Notes: a model not told the origin generated them from the sequence alone. DNA of 64,000 nt from an uncultured SAR86 cluster bacterium (GCA_902566305.1 CACFIK010000006.1:1731-65730), one strand, 5' to 3'; shown: positions 38,624 to 49,984, counted from the stretch's first letter. Made by a program: numbers and translations.

Positions 38624-39599
38624 AATAAAAAAATCCTTTAGCTTAAAAGAAAATAATCTTTTAAAAATTGATTCTACTGCAAAGTTTTTTATAGAAATCT
38701 TTGATCTTGAAGACTTAAAAAATATTCAAAATTTTACCTCAACAAAAAAAATTAATTTTTGTATCCTTGGAGAGGGATCCAACGTTGTTCTGCCTAATTT
38801 GCTTAACAAGTTTGTAATAAAAATTTCATTTAATGAAATATCAATCGAGGATAATTTAATTACAGTTGGAGCGGGTAAAAATTGGGATGATTTTGTGCTC
38901 TGGTCCTTAGAAAATGGTTATTATGGATTAGAGAATTTATCAGGTATACCTGGAAGCATTGGAGCTGCACCTATTCAGAATATTGGAGCTTATGGGAGCG
39001 AAGTATCTGATTTTATTGATGAAGTCATTTGTTTTGATATGGATTCAAACAGTTTGGTTAGCTTTACTAATAATGATTGCAAATTTTCATACAGACAAAG
39101 CATATTTCAAGATAAAGATTCTCTAATTGTCATAAAAGTTAAATTCAAATTAACCAAAGATTTTCAACCCAACTTAGAGTATGAAGATTTAAACTTTTTA
39201 AAAGAAGAAGAGATTACTCCGTTTATCATCAGAAAACATATCCTAAAAATAAGAAAAGCTAAAATATCAGACCCAAAAGAACATCCAAATGTTGGCAGCT
39301 TTTTTAAAAATCCTATTATCTCATTGGATGAATTGGAAAAAATAAAACAAATTCTTCCAAAGATTAAATTTTATTCATACATTGATAATAAAGTAAAAAT
39401 ATCAGCAGCTTTTTTAATTGAATCATTAGGCCTAAAAGGTTTTGTATTGAATAATGCAAGAGTGTCTGAAAAACACTCGCTAGTGCTAGAAAATAAATCT
39501 GAGAAATCGGAGGATATTCTTGATCTTGCCTCGCATATCCAGGCCTCTGTGTTGGAGAATTACAACATTAATTTAGAATTAGAACCCCAAATATTTTGA
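38607..39599 (+). CDS. murB: UDP-N-acetylenolpyruvoylglucosamine reductase
   Basis: GEGSNV, GLENL.GIPG, PIQNIGAYG, F.YRQS.F, PNVGSFFKNP, LELEP. Confidence 0.95.
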   Translation: MKLSNKIKKSFSLKENNLLKIDSTAKFFIEIFDLEDLKNIQNFTSTKKINFCILGEGSNVVLPNLLNKFVIKISFNEISIEDNLITVGAGKNWDDFVLWSLENGYYGLENLSGIPGSIGAAPIQNIGAYGSEVSDFIDEVICFDMDSNSLVSFTNNDCKFSYRQSIFQDKDSLIVIKVKFKLTKDFQPNLEYEDLNFLKEEEITPFIIRKHILKIRKAKISDPKEHPNVGSFFKNPIISLDELEKIKQILPKIKFYSYIDNKVKISAAFLIESLGLKGFVLNNARVSEKHSLVLENKSEKSEDILDLASHIQASVLENYNINLELEPQIF

Positions 39600-40186
39600 C
39601 TGAATTTCTTTTAATTGCTTCCATTCATCTTGTAGCGGTTATAAGTCCTGGACCTGATTTTGCTGTTGTACTGAGACAATCTCTATCATCTACAAGGAGA
39701 GCATCTATTTTTACTGCCTTAGGTATTGCTACCAGTGAATTTTTTCATTGTCTTTATTCTATTTTTGGAATGGAATTAATTATGAGATATCAAGAAAATA
39801 TATTTCTTGTTCTCAAACCCATAGCTATTTTATATTTAATGTATTTAGGAATTTCTTCTTTTTTTACTGACCGACCATCAGAAACAGTAACACGTTCAAG
39901 CTCTAAAAACTTTACCCTTGGATTTATGACAAATCTTCTTAATCTTCAGGCAAGTACATTTACTGTTACCTTATTTTTTGCAATTGTGAGTATCGATACT
40001 CCTTTAAGTATCCTAATTCTTTATGCTGTGTTTATAGCAGTTAGCACTTTTATGTGGTTTGCATTTTTGTCTTTATTGCTCACAAGTAAAGGATTTTTAT
40101 ATAAATTTAATAATTTCATTCCATGGATATACAAATTTACTGGTATCGTTTTTATAATTAGTTCTTTTTATTTATTAACTTTGTAA
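39596..40186 (+). CDS. LysE/RhtB family exporter
   Basis: ISPGPDFAVV, GF.TNLLN; hydrophobic. Confidence 0.88.
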   Translation: MTEFLLIASIHLVAVISPGPDFAVVLRQSLSSTRRASIFTALGIATSEFFHCLYSIFGMELIMRYQENIFLVLKPIAILYLMYLGISSFFTDRPSETVTRSSSKNFTLGFMTNLLNLQASTFTVTLFFAIVSIDTPLSILILYAVFIAVSTFMWFAFLSLLLTSKGFLYKFNNFIPWIYKFTGIVFIISSFYLLTL

Positions 40187-40749
40187 TGGAATCTGGCCCA
40201 AAAACATCTGCTCAATTATTTAGTGATATCTTGAAGCTTCAAAATGAAGGTTCACTTCCTCCTGTCGATGATTGGAATCCTCCTTTATGTGAAAACGTTC
40301 AGATGAAAATATCCAGAGATGGAAAATGGTATTTTATGGATTCTCCTATAGGCCGCGAAAAAATGGTTAGCTTATTTAGTACGGTTCTTAGATTCGATGA
40401 GGATGGAAATTACTACCTTGTTACCCCAGTAGAAAAAATTAGGATTGAGGTTGAAGATAAGCCTTTCGTTATCGTTACCTACCAAAAAGAAATTAAAAAC
40501 GATAAAGAAGTTTTTTTGTTCAAGACCAATGTTGGCGATATTGTACTTTTAGATACTCTAGATAAGTTAAGAGTTGAAATTGATAAAGATACACAAGAAC
40601 CTTCACCATATTTAAAGGTAAGAAAAAACTTAGAAGGGCTGATCAGTAGAAATGTTTTTTATCAATTAGTAGACGAATCCTACGAAAGGGATAAAGAATT
40701 ATTTATTAAAAGTAACGATAAAGAATTTTCGCTTGGAAAATTGGACTGA
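40186..40749 (+). CDS. DUF1285 family protein
   Basis: LPPV..WNP, I.RDG.W, SPI.R..MV.LFS.VLR, LVTPVEK..I.VED.PF. Confidence 0.88.
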   Translation: MESGPKTSAQLFSDILKLQNEGSLPPVDDWNPPLCENVQMKISRDGKWYFMDSPIGREKMVSLFSTVLRFDEDGNYYLVTPVEKIRIEVEDKPFVIVTYQKEIKNDKEVFLFKTNVGDIVLLDTLDKLRVEIDKDTQEPSPYLKVRKNLEGLISRNVFYQLVDESYERDKELFIKSNDKEFSLGKLD

Positions 40750-42405
40750 CTACATATTTGGATAGTTAGGACCACCCATACCTTCTGGGGTTATCCAAAC
40801 TATATTTTGGCTAGGGTCTTTGATATCACAAGTTTTACAATGAACACAATTCTGAGCATTAATTTGAAATTTGTGTTCTCCGTCTTTCTCTACAACCTCA
40901 TAGACACCAGCTGGACAGTATCTTTGAGCCGGCTCATCATAAGTCGGTAGATTTACATTTATCGGAATAGAAGAATCTTTAAGAGTTAAGTGACAAGGTT
41001 GATCTTCTTCATGATTGGTATTTGAAAGAAAAACAGAAGATAGTTTATCAAAGCTAATTTTTCCATCGGGTTTTGGATAATCAATTTTTTCACACTCACT
41101 TGCTTTTTTCATACATGCATAGTCAGGTGTTTTATGAGTCAATGTGAATGGATAACGACCTCTAAATAAGAATTGCTCGATAGCCATTAAAATTCCTCCG
41201 ATCCACGTTCCATATTTATGGAGAAGAGGCGTCATATTTCTTGATTTATACAAATCAGTTTGTATCCAAGATGAATCAAATTTTTCTTCATAGGACTCTA
41301 AATCAGCATCTAGATTATTATTTTGAACTGCATCAAATACTGTTTCTGCAGCTAGCATTCCAGACTTCATTGCCGTGTGAGTTCCTTTAATCTTGGTGAA
41401 AACTAGTGTTCCAGCATTGTCACCGACAATGAGTCCACCAGGAAAAGTCATTTTTGGTCTAGATTGATAACCTCCTTTGATGAGTGCTCTAGCTCCATAA
41501 GCTACTCTTGTTCCACTCTCTAGGATCTTTTTTATATCTTTATGTTGTTTCCATTGCTGGAATTCATCAAAAGGACTTAAATGTGGATTTGAATAATCCA
41601 GTGGAACAACTAGGCCTATGTAGACTTGATTATTCTCTCCATGGTAAAAATATGAACCAGCTTTTGATTTACTCGGCCAACCAAAAGTATGCATCACGGT
41701 ACCTTCTGAATGTACTTCAGCTGGGACATCCCATACTTCTTTGAATCCAATACCATAATGTTGAGGATCTTTATCTTTATCTAGCTCATATTTTGCAATA
41801 AGTTTTTTCCCTAAGTGACCTCTACATCCTTCTGCAAATATTGTGTACTTAGCTCTTAATTCCATAGAGGGTTGGTAAGAAGCTTTTTTCTCACCGTCTT
41901 TAGATATTCCCATTTCACCGGTAAGAATTCCTTTAACAACATCGTTTTCTAAGATCACATCCGCAGCTGTAAATCCTGGAAATATCTCTACTCCTAAATT
42001 TTCTGCCTGAGTACCAAGCCATCTACATAAGTTAGCCAGACTCATCACATAGTTGCCATGATTATTGAAATTAGGCATTAAAAAAGAGGGAAAAGGAATG
42101 TTGAATGATAAATTTTCGTTAATCAGGAATTTCACAACATCTTTTGTTGCTGGAGAATTCAAAGGAGCTCCTTTTTCTTTCCAATCAGGAATAAGCTCAT
42201 CAAGAGCTCTTGGCTCAAAACAGTTCCCAGACAATATGTGTGCTCCTATTTCAGAGCCTTTTTCAATAAGACATACGCTTAATTCTGCATTTTTTTCAGC
42301 AGCTAATTGTTTTAACTTAATTGCAGTGGATAGGCCAGATGGACCTCCACCTACGACAACGACATCATATTCCATGACGTCTCTTTCAACTTGATTTTCT
42401 TCCAT
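40750..42405 (-). CDS. ETF-ubiquinone oxidoreductase
   Basis: GGGPSGL, GAHILSG, KIKGTH.AM, CPAGVYE, CVHCKTCDIKDP; ATG 42405 preferred over the upstream TTG. Confidence 0.96.
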   Translation of the reverse strand: MEENQVERDVMEYDVVVVGGGPSGLSTAIKLKQLAAEKNAELSVCLIEKGSEIGAHILSGNCFEPRALDELIPDWKEKGAPLNSPATKDVVKFLINENLSFNIPFPSFLMPNFNNHGNYVMSLANLCRWLGTQAENLGVEIFPGFTAADVILENDVVKGILTGEMGISKDGEKKASYQPSMELRAKYTIFAEGCRGHLGKKLIAKYELDKDKDPQHYGIGFKEVWDVPAEVHSEGTVMHTFGWPSKSKAGSYFYHGENNQVYIGLVVPLDYSNPHLSPFDEFQQWKQHKDIKKILESGTRVAYGARALIKGGYQSRPKMTFPGGLIVGDNAGTLVFTKIKGTHTAMKSGMLAAETVFDAVQNNNLDADLESYEEKFDSSWIQTDLYKSRNMTPLLHKYGTWIGGILMAIEQFLFRGRYPFTLTHKTPDYACMKKASECEKIDYPKPDGKISFDKLSSVFLSNTNHEEDQPCHLTLKDSSIPINVNLPTYDEPAQRYCPAGVYEVVEKDGEHKFQINAQNCVHCKTCDIKDPSQNIVWITPEGMGGPNYPNM

Positions 42406-42508
42406 ACCTACTAATCTATGAGAGTATTCTAAAGACTTACTTTCAAGTAGCAAATCCTTTAGAATATGTAGTTCTTGTAATATTCCGCCTTAACACTATA
42501 TAAAAATT

Positions 42509-43261
42509 ATGAAAATTTTAGTTCCAATAAAGAGAGTTGTTGATTACAACGTTAAAGTTAGGCCAAAAGCTGATGAATCGGGCGTTGACTTAAATAACGT
42601 AAAAATGGCTATTAATCCTTTTTGCGAGATTGCTGTAGAAGAAGCTGTCAGATTAAAAGAGGGAGGTACTGCTACTGAGATTATTGCTGTGACAGTAGGG
42701 TCTTCAGCTTCTCAAGAACAATTAAGAACTGCCTTAGCCCTCGGTGCCGACAGAGCTATTTTGGTAGAAACTGACATTGAGGTTGAACCTTTAGCTATTG
42801 CAAAACTTTTAAAAGGAGTTGTTAAAAAAGAGTCTCCAGACTTAGTAATACTGGGTAAGCAAGCTATAGATGGTGATAATAACCAAACCTCTCAAATGTT
42901 GGCAGCTCTTACTGGGTATGCTCAAGCAACATTTGCCTCTGAATTAAAAATTGAAGGAGAAAAGGCTCTTGTAACGAGAGAAGTTGATGGTGGTTTGCAA
43001 ACAATTTCTGTCAATCTTCCTTGTATAGTATCTACAGACTTAAGGTTGAACGAACCAAGATATGCTTCTTTACCGAATATTATGAAGGCAAAGCAAAAAC
43101 CTCTCGATGTAATAGAGGCTGGATCTTTAGGAGTAGATATTGAGCCAAGGAATAAAACTTTAAAAGTTTCTCCTCCTCCAGTTAGAGAAGCTGGAATAAT
43201 TGTAGAAACTGTAGATGATTTAGTAGATAAACTTAAAAATGAAGCAAAGGTAATAACATGA
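42509..43261 (+). CDS. etfB: Electron transfer flavoprotein beta subunit
   Basis: [31 protein letters not shown]. Confidence 0.97.
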   Translation: MKILVPIKRVVDYNVKVRPKADESGVDLNNVKMAINPFCEIAVEEAVRLKEGGTATEIIAVTVGSSASQEQLRTALALGADRAILVETDIEVEPLAIAKLLKGVVKKESPDLVILGKQAIDGDNNQTSQMLAALTGYAQATFASELKIEGEKALVTREVDGGLQTISVNLPCIVSTDLRLNEPRYASLPNIMKAKQKPLDVIEAGSLGVDIEPRNKTLKVSPPPVREAGIIVETVDDLVDKLKNEAKVIT

Positions 43262-44184
43262 GCATACTTGTAATAGCTGAACACGATAACGAAGAAATTA
43301 AAGCATCAACTAATAATGTTGTAACTGCTGCAACTAATCTGGAAGGCGATATTCACGTTCTTGTTGCCGGATCAAATTGTTCTGGAGCAAAAGATCAAGC
43401 TGCAAAGATATCCGGAGTAGCAAAAGTATTAGTAGCAGATTCTCCAGAATACGAGCATTGTCTCGCTGAGAATATTGCAGACCTAATTGTTGCAATTTCT
43501 GCTGACTACAGTCATATACTTTCCCCAGCAACAACTAATGGTAAAAATTACATGCCAAGAGTTTCCGCTCTTTTAGATGTCGCTCAAATTTCTGATATCA
43601 CCGCAATTGAGTCTAGCGATACCTTTGAGAGACCAATTTATGCTGGAAATTGTATTGCAACCGTTCAAAACAGCGACTCAAAAAAAGTCATCACTGTTAG
43701 AACGACTGCTTTTGATGCCGCACAAAATGATGGAAGTGCTGAGGTTGTTGATCTTCAAGAAAGTCATAACCTTGGAATATCAGAGTTCATAAAAGAAGAA
43801 ATTGCTGAGTCAGATAGACCTGAATTAACTTCTGCAGATGTAATTATTTCTGGTGGCAGAGGCATGCAAAATGGAGATAATTTTAAAATTCTGGAATCTG
43901 TAGCTGATAAATTAGGTGCTGCTATAGGTGCTTCAAGAGCAGCAGTAGATTCTGGTTTTGTTCCGAATGATTACCAAGTTGGACAAACAGGAAAAATTGT
44001 TGCACCAAACCTATACATAGCCGTTGGAATATCAGGAGCTATTCAACATTTAGCAGGAATGAAGGATAGTAAAGTTATCGTAGCGATTAATAAAGATGAG
44101 GACGCACCTATATTTCAAGTAGCAGATTATGGGCTGGTTGCTGACTTATTTACAGCTGTCCCTGAACTTGATGCAAAACTTTAA
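43258..44184 (+). CDS. etfA: Electron transfer flavoprotein alpha subunit
   Basis: [30 protein letters not shown]. Confidence 0.97.
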   Translation: MSILVIAEHDNEEIKASTNNVVTAATNLEGDIHVLVAGSNCSGAKDQAAKISGVAKVLVADSPEYEHCLAENIADLIVAISADYSHILSPATTNGKNYMPRVSALLDVAQISDITAIESSDTFERPIYAGNCIATVQNSDSKKVITVRTTAFDAAQNDGSAEVVDLQESHNLGISEFIKEEIAESDRPELTSADVIISGGRGMQNGDNFKILESVADKLGAAIGASRAAVDSGFVPNDYQVGQTGKIVAPNLYIAVGISGAIQHLAGMKDSKVIVAINKDEDAPIFQVADYGLVADLFTAVPELDAKL

Positions 44185-44774
44185 TGTCAAATATTGTTGA
44201 AATCACAGAGGGCGCAGAAGAATATTTAGGTAATCTTCTAAAAGATTCTGAAGAAAAAGACACGAACATAAGAATCTTTGTTTCCGATCCTGGTTCAAAT
44301 AGGGCAGAAACTTGCATAGTTTATTGCAAACCAGGCGAACAAGACCCAACTGATTTTTCTCAAACCTATAAATCATTTAATGTTTTTCTAGACGAGAAAA
44401 GTCTTCCATACCTAGAGGATGCTAAAGTTGATTACCATCCAGATAAATTTGGAGGTCAACTGACAATTAGAGCACCGAAATCAAAAACTCCATTTTTATC
44501 GGATGAAAGCTCCATTGAAGACAAGATTAATTTTTATTTACATAGTGAAATTAATCCTGCATTAGCATCGCACGGAGGAGAGGTTAGTCTGGTTGAAGTT
44601 CTTGATGACAATAAAGCGGTTCTTCAATTCGGTGGCGGTTGTCAGGGTTGCAGCATGATTGACGTCACGCTAAAAGATGGCGTTGAAAAAACTCTTATAG
44701 AAAATGTACCTGAAATTACCGGAATCATAGATTCAACTGATCATTCACATACAGAAAACGCTTATTTTAAATAA
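44184..44774 (+). CDS. nfuA: Fe-S biogenesis protein NfuA
   Basis: Degenerate A-type N-domain plus NifU C-domain INPALASHGG, FGGGCQGC. Confidence 0.93.
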   Translation: MSNIVEITEGAEEYLGNLLKDSEEKDTNIRIFVSDPGSNRAETCIVYCKPGEQDPTDFSQTYKSFNVFLDEKSLPYLEDAKVDYHPDKFGGQLTIRAPKSKTPFLSDESSIEDKINFYLHSEINPALASHGGEVSLVEVLDDNKAVLQFGGGCQGCSMIDVTLKDGVEKTLIENVPEITGIIDSTDHSHTENAYFK

Positions 44775-44776
44775 TC

Positions 44777-46183
44777 ATGCCTGAAAAGAATGTCTCATAT
44801 GTTTTCAATGACACTGAGACAACGGGTTTAAATATCAATTTTTCTCAAATTATCCAAATTGGGTCAATTTTAACGTCTGAAAATTTTGATCAAATTGATA
44901 CTATTGATGATGAATGTCAAATTTTGCCATGGATAGTTCCAGATCCGGGAGCTTATTTCACTCATAAAAAGATTTCTACTCTTAACTCAAATTGCAACAA
45001 GACTCATTACGATCTGATAAAAGAGATCCACTCAACTTGGCTGCAATGGTCAGATTCTTCGAATTTGGTTCACATAACTTATAACGGTCACAAGTTTGAT
45101 GAGGAATTGCTTAGACGACAATTCTATTGGTATTTATTGGATCCATATATAACTAATACAAATAATAATGGTAGAGCAGATATGTATGTATTGTTTCAGT
45201 TATTAGCAAACTTTTATTCTGATGAAATTAAAACAGGTAAAAATGAAAATGGTGATTTAAGCCTCAAACTGAGTGATTTAGCAGAAGCAAATGGTATTTC
45301 TGCTGAAGGAGCACACGATGCTTTAGAGGACTGTATCTTGATGGTTGAACTTGGAAAAATTATTAAGGACAAGGCTCCCGAAGCATGGAAAATTTTCATT
45401 CAAGGTTCATCTAAGAAAGGAAACTTAGATATATTAAGATCTGAAAAATTTTGCCTATTAGGTGAGGTGTTACGCAGAAATAAATACGTTTATCCTATCT
45501 ACCCATGCGGACAAAATAATTCGAATCAAAATCAAATAATTGTTTGTGATTTATATTTCAATCCAGAAGAATTATTTAAACTTAAGGATCATGAACTTTT
45601 AGAACAATTAGGAACTCAAGGTGGAGCTTTCAAATTAGTTTCAATAAATAAAAGCATGCCAGTTACTCCGTTAAGCAGTATCTCTAAACCTTCATCATAT
45701 CTTGATTTATCAATCAAAGAATTAACGAGAAGGGCAAACTTATTAAAAGAAAATTTCGAATTTTCAGAAAGACTCTCCGAACTTTTAATAAAAAAACAAA
45801 AAAGTTATCCGCCTCCAAAATATGTAGATCAAGCAATATATGAAAGATTTCCTAGTGATTCAGATAGGCTTTGGATGGAAAAATTTCATATTTCAACTTG
45901 GCAAGATAAAACAAAATTAAAGGAAGGATTTGAAGACAGCAGATACAGAGAATTAGCATCTAGAATTATAGCTTTAGAGAAACCCGATTTATTATCTGAC
46001 GATGAAAATGAAGATTTTTCTCAATTTATTAACGAACGATTATTCACAAAAGGACCTTGGCTAAATTTAAGTCAAGCTATACAAAAATTAGAAAAATACG
46101 ATTCGGATGACCCAGATCATTTAAAGATCAAAAGCGCACTTAAAGAACATCTTCAGAACTTAGAAAAAACTAACTCGGCTTAG
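44777..46183 (+). CDS. sbcB: Exodeoxyribonuclease I
   Basis: DTETTG, YNG..FD.E..R, AHDAL.D (DEDDh), DQAIY..F. Confidence 0.85.
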   Translation: MPEKNVSYVFNDTETTGLNINFSQIIQIGSILTSENFDQIDTIDDECQILPWIVPDPGAYFTHKKISTLNSNCNKTHYDLIKEIHSTWLQWSDSSNLVHITYNGHKFDEELLRRQFYWYLLDPYITNTNNNGRADMYVLFQLLANFYSDEIKTGKNENGDLSLKLSDLAEANGISAEGAHDALEDCILMVELGKIIKDKAPEAWKIFIQGSSKKGNLDILRSEKFCLLGEVLRRNKYVYPIYPCGQNNSNQNQIIVCDLYFNPEELFKLKDHELLEQLGTQGGAFKLVSINKSMPVTPLSSISKPSSYLDLSIKELTRRANLLKENFEFSERLSELLIKKQKSYPPPKYVDQAIYERFPSDSDRLWMEKFHISTWQDKTKLKEGFEDSRYRELASRIIALEKPDLLSDDENEDFSQFINERLFTKGPWLNLSQAIQKLEKYDSDDPDHLKIKSALKEHLQNLEKTNSA

Positions 46184-47006
46184 TTATTAAAAGAAGTAAT
46201 CCAAATTTTGGATGATCAAAATAATTAATTTCTCCTGATCTAAGTCTTCTAGATTCATTTAATTGGAAAATAGGCATTAGCTCTTCTTCTTGTAAATTTG
46301 GCAGACTTTTCTTTTGTAATTCTAGGCCTGTATTATTGAATAAATAACCTTCTATATTTGGATTAGTATTATCTAATTCTTCGATACTTAAGATTTCATT
46401 TTCTTGGATTTTTTCTGCTAAAAAAATCTCGATATCAGTGTGCAAATATCTTCCTTTGTAAGGTCTTAAAAAACCATAAATCCTTGAACCTCTTTCAATA
46501 CTTGAATCAATAAAGATTTCAAATGAATTATCTTTTGTTGGTATAGGTTGATACCAAGATTGTTCCCCAATGAATCTAAAGTATCTACTTCTCCTAATGA
46601 GATCCTTAAATTCTTTCATTAAATTATCGTCTCTTTTGTCTATCTGAAATATTTCTCTAGGAAACTCTCTTTTTCGAGTGATTATATTTTTTTCTATAGT
46701 CTTTTTTTGTGTTTCTTTCTTTATAAAAGGAATATCAATGGATTGGTTTTCTTTAGGAATTTCAAAATTTGTAGGGACGATATCTAAATTTGGATATTGG
46801 AATTCATTAAGAGCAACAAAAAATCTTTCAAAATTTACTTCTGGTTTCTGAAAGTTTTCTTTTAAGTCCTCATCTTTTAAATACTTAATAAAAATTAAGT
46901 CAATTCTGTACTCATCATCGCTAAGAAAATCAACATCTAATTGATCTCGCTCAACCGAAATCAGATTAAAAGATAACAAAAGAATAAAAAAATTAGCTAG
47001 CTTCAT
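46170..47006 (-). CDS. CsiV-family peptidoglycan-binding protein
   Basis: Y.I.LIF start, SWYQP, RYLH, ESRRLRSGE..YFDHPKFGLL; downstream of mfd. Confidence 0.8.
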   Translation of the reverse strand: MKLANFFILLLSFNLISVERDQLDVDFLSDDEYRIDLIFIKYLKDEDLKENFQKPEVNFERFFVALNEFQYPNLDIVPTNFEIPKENQSIDIPFIKKETQKKTIEKNIITRKREFPREIFQIDKRDDNLMKEFKDLIRRSRYFRFIGEQSWYQPIPTKDNSFEIFIDSSIERGSRIYGFLRPYKGRYLHTDIEIFLAEKIQENEILSIEELDNTNPNIEGYLFNNTGLELQKKSLPNLQEEELMPIFQLNESRRLRSGEINYFDHPKFGLLLLITKPS

Positions 47007-49905
47007 CTAATTTTAGGTTGGATATTATGGTCGAGAATGTATCTTGTAAAAATAAAATTGAATTATCTTCTTGAGGATTAAAAACTAATACATTGTTAGT
47101 TTTATTATCAGCCAGGATCGGAGATTCGGAATCAAACGTACATTCAATTCTTTTATTTGTACCTATTATTCTCTTAATCATCAGTGGCATAGAAATAATC
47201 TTTAGTTTGGTCAGTTCTATAAGGTTTTGGAAAGTTTTAGAGAATGGGCCAAATCTATCAACAATTTCATTTTTTAAAATTTCCAATTCATCCAGTGTTT
47301 TACATTCTGCTAATCTTTTATACATTTCTAGTCTAAGTTCAGCTTGAGGAAGATAGTCGTTATCTATATATGCTGGAACGTTCAATTTAATTGATGTATC
47401 TATGATTTTATCCTCAGGCATACCTTTCAATAAATGTTTAGCTTTTTTTATCATTTCACTAAAAAGATTTAAACCAACATCATGAACTAAACCGCTTTGT
47501 TTTTCTCCTAAGATTTCTCCTGCGCCTCTTATTTCAAGATCCCTCATTGCTAAGGCTAGCCCAGCATTAAAGGAATCCGTTGATTGCAAAGCTGTGATTC
47601 TATCTTTTGCTTTACCTTTTATATCTTTGAATTCACTGGTAAAAAAATATGCATATGCCTGTGTCGGAGATCTACCAACTCTTCCTCTTAATTGATGAAG
47701 TTGGGATAAGCCAAAATTATCTGCATCTTTCACTATAAGTGTATTTGCGTTGGGAATATCTATTCCGCTTTCTATAATAGTTGTGCAGATAAGAACATCA
47801 ATATTTCCTTCTTTAAAATTATCTAATATTTCCTTTATCTTGAGTGGATCCATTTGACCATGAACAATATCAATATTTTTTTCAGGAAATATTTGAGTTA
47901 ATTTATATTTTTCTTCTTCTAATTTATGGATTCTATTGCAGACATAAAATGTTTGCCCACCTCTTAATGTTTCACGCCGTATTGCTTCTTTGATGAAAGA
48001 CTTTGATTCTCTTGAAACAATTGTTTCAACCGGTTTTCTGCCATGAGGGGGAGATGCAATGATAGAAAAATCTTTTAAGTCAGTTAAGGCTAGATTTAAT
48101 GTTCGTGGAATAGGCGTCGCTGATAAATACATGACATCTATTTGTGCCTTTAATGATTTGATTTTTTCCTTTTGTTTAACTCCAAATTTATGTTCCTCAT
48201 CAATAATTAAAAGACCAACATTATTGAAATCTAATTTATTGTTCATTAACGCATGAGTGCCAATCACAATTAGGTTAGGCTGATTCAAGATCTTTGAGTA
48301 AACATCTTTTTTTTCTAGAGTGGATAGATTTCTAGTTAATAAAACCACATCAACATCGTATTCAGAAAATCTTTTTGTAAAGGTTTCATAGTGTTGCTCC
48401 GCAAGAATAGTAGTGGGGACCATCAAACAAACTTGAAAACCATTCATGTAAGAAATATACGAAGCTCTCAATGCCATCTCCGTCTTACCGAAACCAACTT
48501 CACCGCAAATTAATCGATCCATCATTTTGGGAGAATGAAAATCGTTTATCAGAGAATGAGAACATTTAAGTTGATCTGGTGTAAGTTCATATGGAAAATT
48601 TTCAATAAATTTTTGAAAACCTTCTTTATTTATCTCCAATGGAGATCTTTTATAATTTGATCTTTTAGCTTCTGATTCTATTAATTCAGCAGCAAAATCA
48701 TATGCTTTTTCAAATGTCTTTTGTTTTTTCTGATTCCATTTACTCTTTCTTATTGAGTCTAATTTTATCTCGTCCATTCCAATATAAGCCGAAAGCAAAT
48801 TCATAGAGTGAACAGGCAAATATATTAAATCTCCTTGATCAAATTCAATGATCAAACATTCCGTATTGTTTAATTTTTTCAATCCTCTGTAAATTCCAAT
48901 TCCATGATCTAAATGAACTACTTTAGAATCAATTTCAAAAGCAATATTTTCTGTTATCGAGAATCTTTCATAGGAGTAATCGTCTTTTGTATCTATTTCA
49001 TCTTTATTTTTCTGGATATTTAAAATTAAATTCTCAGAACTTAATGAAGAAATTTCATCCAATGAATTAAATAAAATTTCAGGGGGGAGGGGAGGCCTGT
49101 CTAGGTCTAATTTAAAGTCTTCATATCTCTCATTAATTAAGTCCCAGTATTCCGATAGATATTTTTTTGCCTCATTGATATAGATAAGTTTGTAATTTTT
49201 AAAATAATCTTTAAAAAATGTTCTTTCATAAAAAAACAAAGGTAAATAATGTTCTAGTCCTTCCAAATTTTTACCTTTCAAAATACTATCGAATACTGGC
49301 CCGTCTGACTGAAATGTATTTCTCCAGTTTTTTTTAAAGATATTAATCGATTCGTTTGTTAATTCGTATCCTTTAGCTGCAATACACTTATATGAATCAA
49401 TTTCTTTGAATGTAATTTGATCTTCATTTTTGAAATACTTTATTGATATGACCTCATCATCAAAAAGATCAATTCTAATTGGTAGTTTTGAATTACTTGG
49501 AAAGATATCTATTACAGAACCTCTAACTGCGTATTGCCCATTCTTTACGACTAAATCTGCTCTTTCGTATCCGGAGTTAATTAAAAATTTTATTAATCTT
49601 TTTAAGTCAATTTGTTGATTTTTTGATATTTCGAATGTTTTTTCAAAAATATACTTTTTATCAAATAAAGGTTGAATGATTGATGATGCAGTACAGGCAA
49701 GGCTAACTTCATCCTCTATTAATGATCTAAGAGTTTCAATACGCTTACCTAAAAGCGATGGATCAGGAGAAAAATTATCATAAGGAAGAATTTCAAGATC
49801 TGTTAAAACTTCTAGATCTTCAAAAAAAGAAGGATTAGATACTTTATACCTCTCCAATTGGTATTTGCTTTCAAAAATTATTATATTTTTTTGATCTAAA
49901 TTCAT
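46993..49905 (-). CDS. mfd: Transcription-repair coupling factor (compact, 970 aa)
   Basis: LPYD.FSP, VRG..IDIFP, VVH.DHGIG, CG.VGFGKTE, DEEH, SATPIPRT, QLRGRVGR, DLEIRGAG. Confidence 0.95.
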   Translation of the reverse strand: MNLDQKNIIIFESKYQLERYKVSNPSFFEDLEVLTDLEILPYDNFSPDPSLLGKRIETLRSLIEDEVSLACTASSIIQPLFDKKYIFEKTFEISKNQQIDLKRLIKFLINSGYERADLVVKNGQYAVRGSVIDIFPSNSKLPIRIDLFDDEVISIKYFKNEDQITFKEIDSYKCIAAKGYELTNESINIFKKNWRNTFQSDGPVFDSILKGKNLEGLEHYLPLFFYERTFFKDYFKNYKLIYINEAKKYLSEYWDLINERYEDFKLDLDRPPLPPEILFNSLDEISSLSSENLILNIQKNKDEIDTKDDYSYERFSITENIAFEIDSKVVHLDHGIGIYRGLKKLNNTECLIIEFDQGDLIYLPVHSMNLLSAYIGMDEIKLDSIRKSKWNQKKQKTFEKAYDFAAELIESEAKRSNYKRSPLEINKEGFQKFIENFPYELTPDQLKCSHSLINDFHSPKMMDRLICGEVGFGKTEMALRASYISYMNGFQVCLMVPTTILAEQHYETFTKRFSEYDVDVVLLTRNLSTLEKKDVYSKILNQPNLIVIGTHALMNNKLDFNNVGLLIIDEEHKFGVKQKEKIKSLKAQIDVMYLSATPIPRTLNLALTDLKDFSIIASPPHGRKPVETIVSRESKSFIKEAIRRETLRGGQTFYVCNRIHKLEEEKYKLTQIFPEKNIDIVHGQMDPLKIKEILDNFKEGNIDVLICTTIIESGIDIPNANTLIVKDADNFGLSQLHQLRGRVGRSPTQAYAYFFTSEFKDIKGKAKDRITALQSTDSFNAGLALAMRDLEIRGAGEILGEKQSGLVHDVGLNLFSEMIKKAKHLLKGMPEDKIIDTSIKLNVPAYIDNDYLPQAELRLEMYKRLAECKTLDELEILKNEIVDRFGPFSKTFQNLIELTKLKIISMPLMIKRIIGTNKRIECTFDSESPILADNKTNNVLVFNPQEDNSILFLQDTFSTIISNLKLDEAS

Positions 49906-49984
49906 TAGTTTCTGCTTATTAAGATCCAGCTACATTGTGTATAATGACGTCGTCTATTTTGCCCTAAACTACAGAGGTGTTTTA

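Noticed and set aside
49081-49095. G-rich run containing a KOPS-like GGGGAGGG
   Set aside because: Single occurrence, explained by a Pro-rich stretch (RPPLPP) of Mfd on the minus strand.
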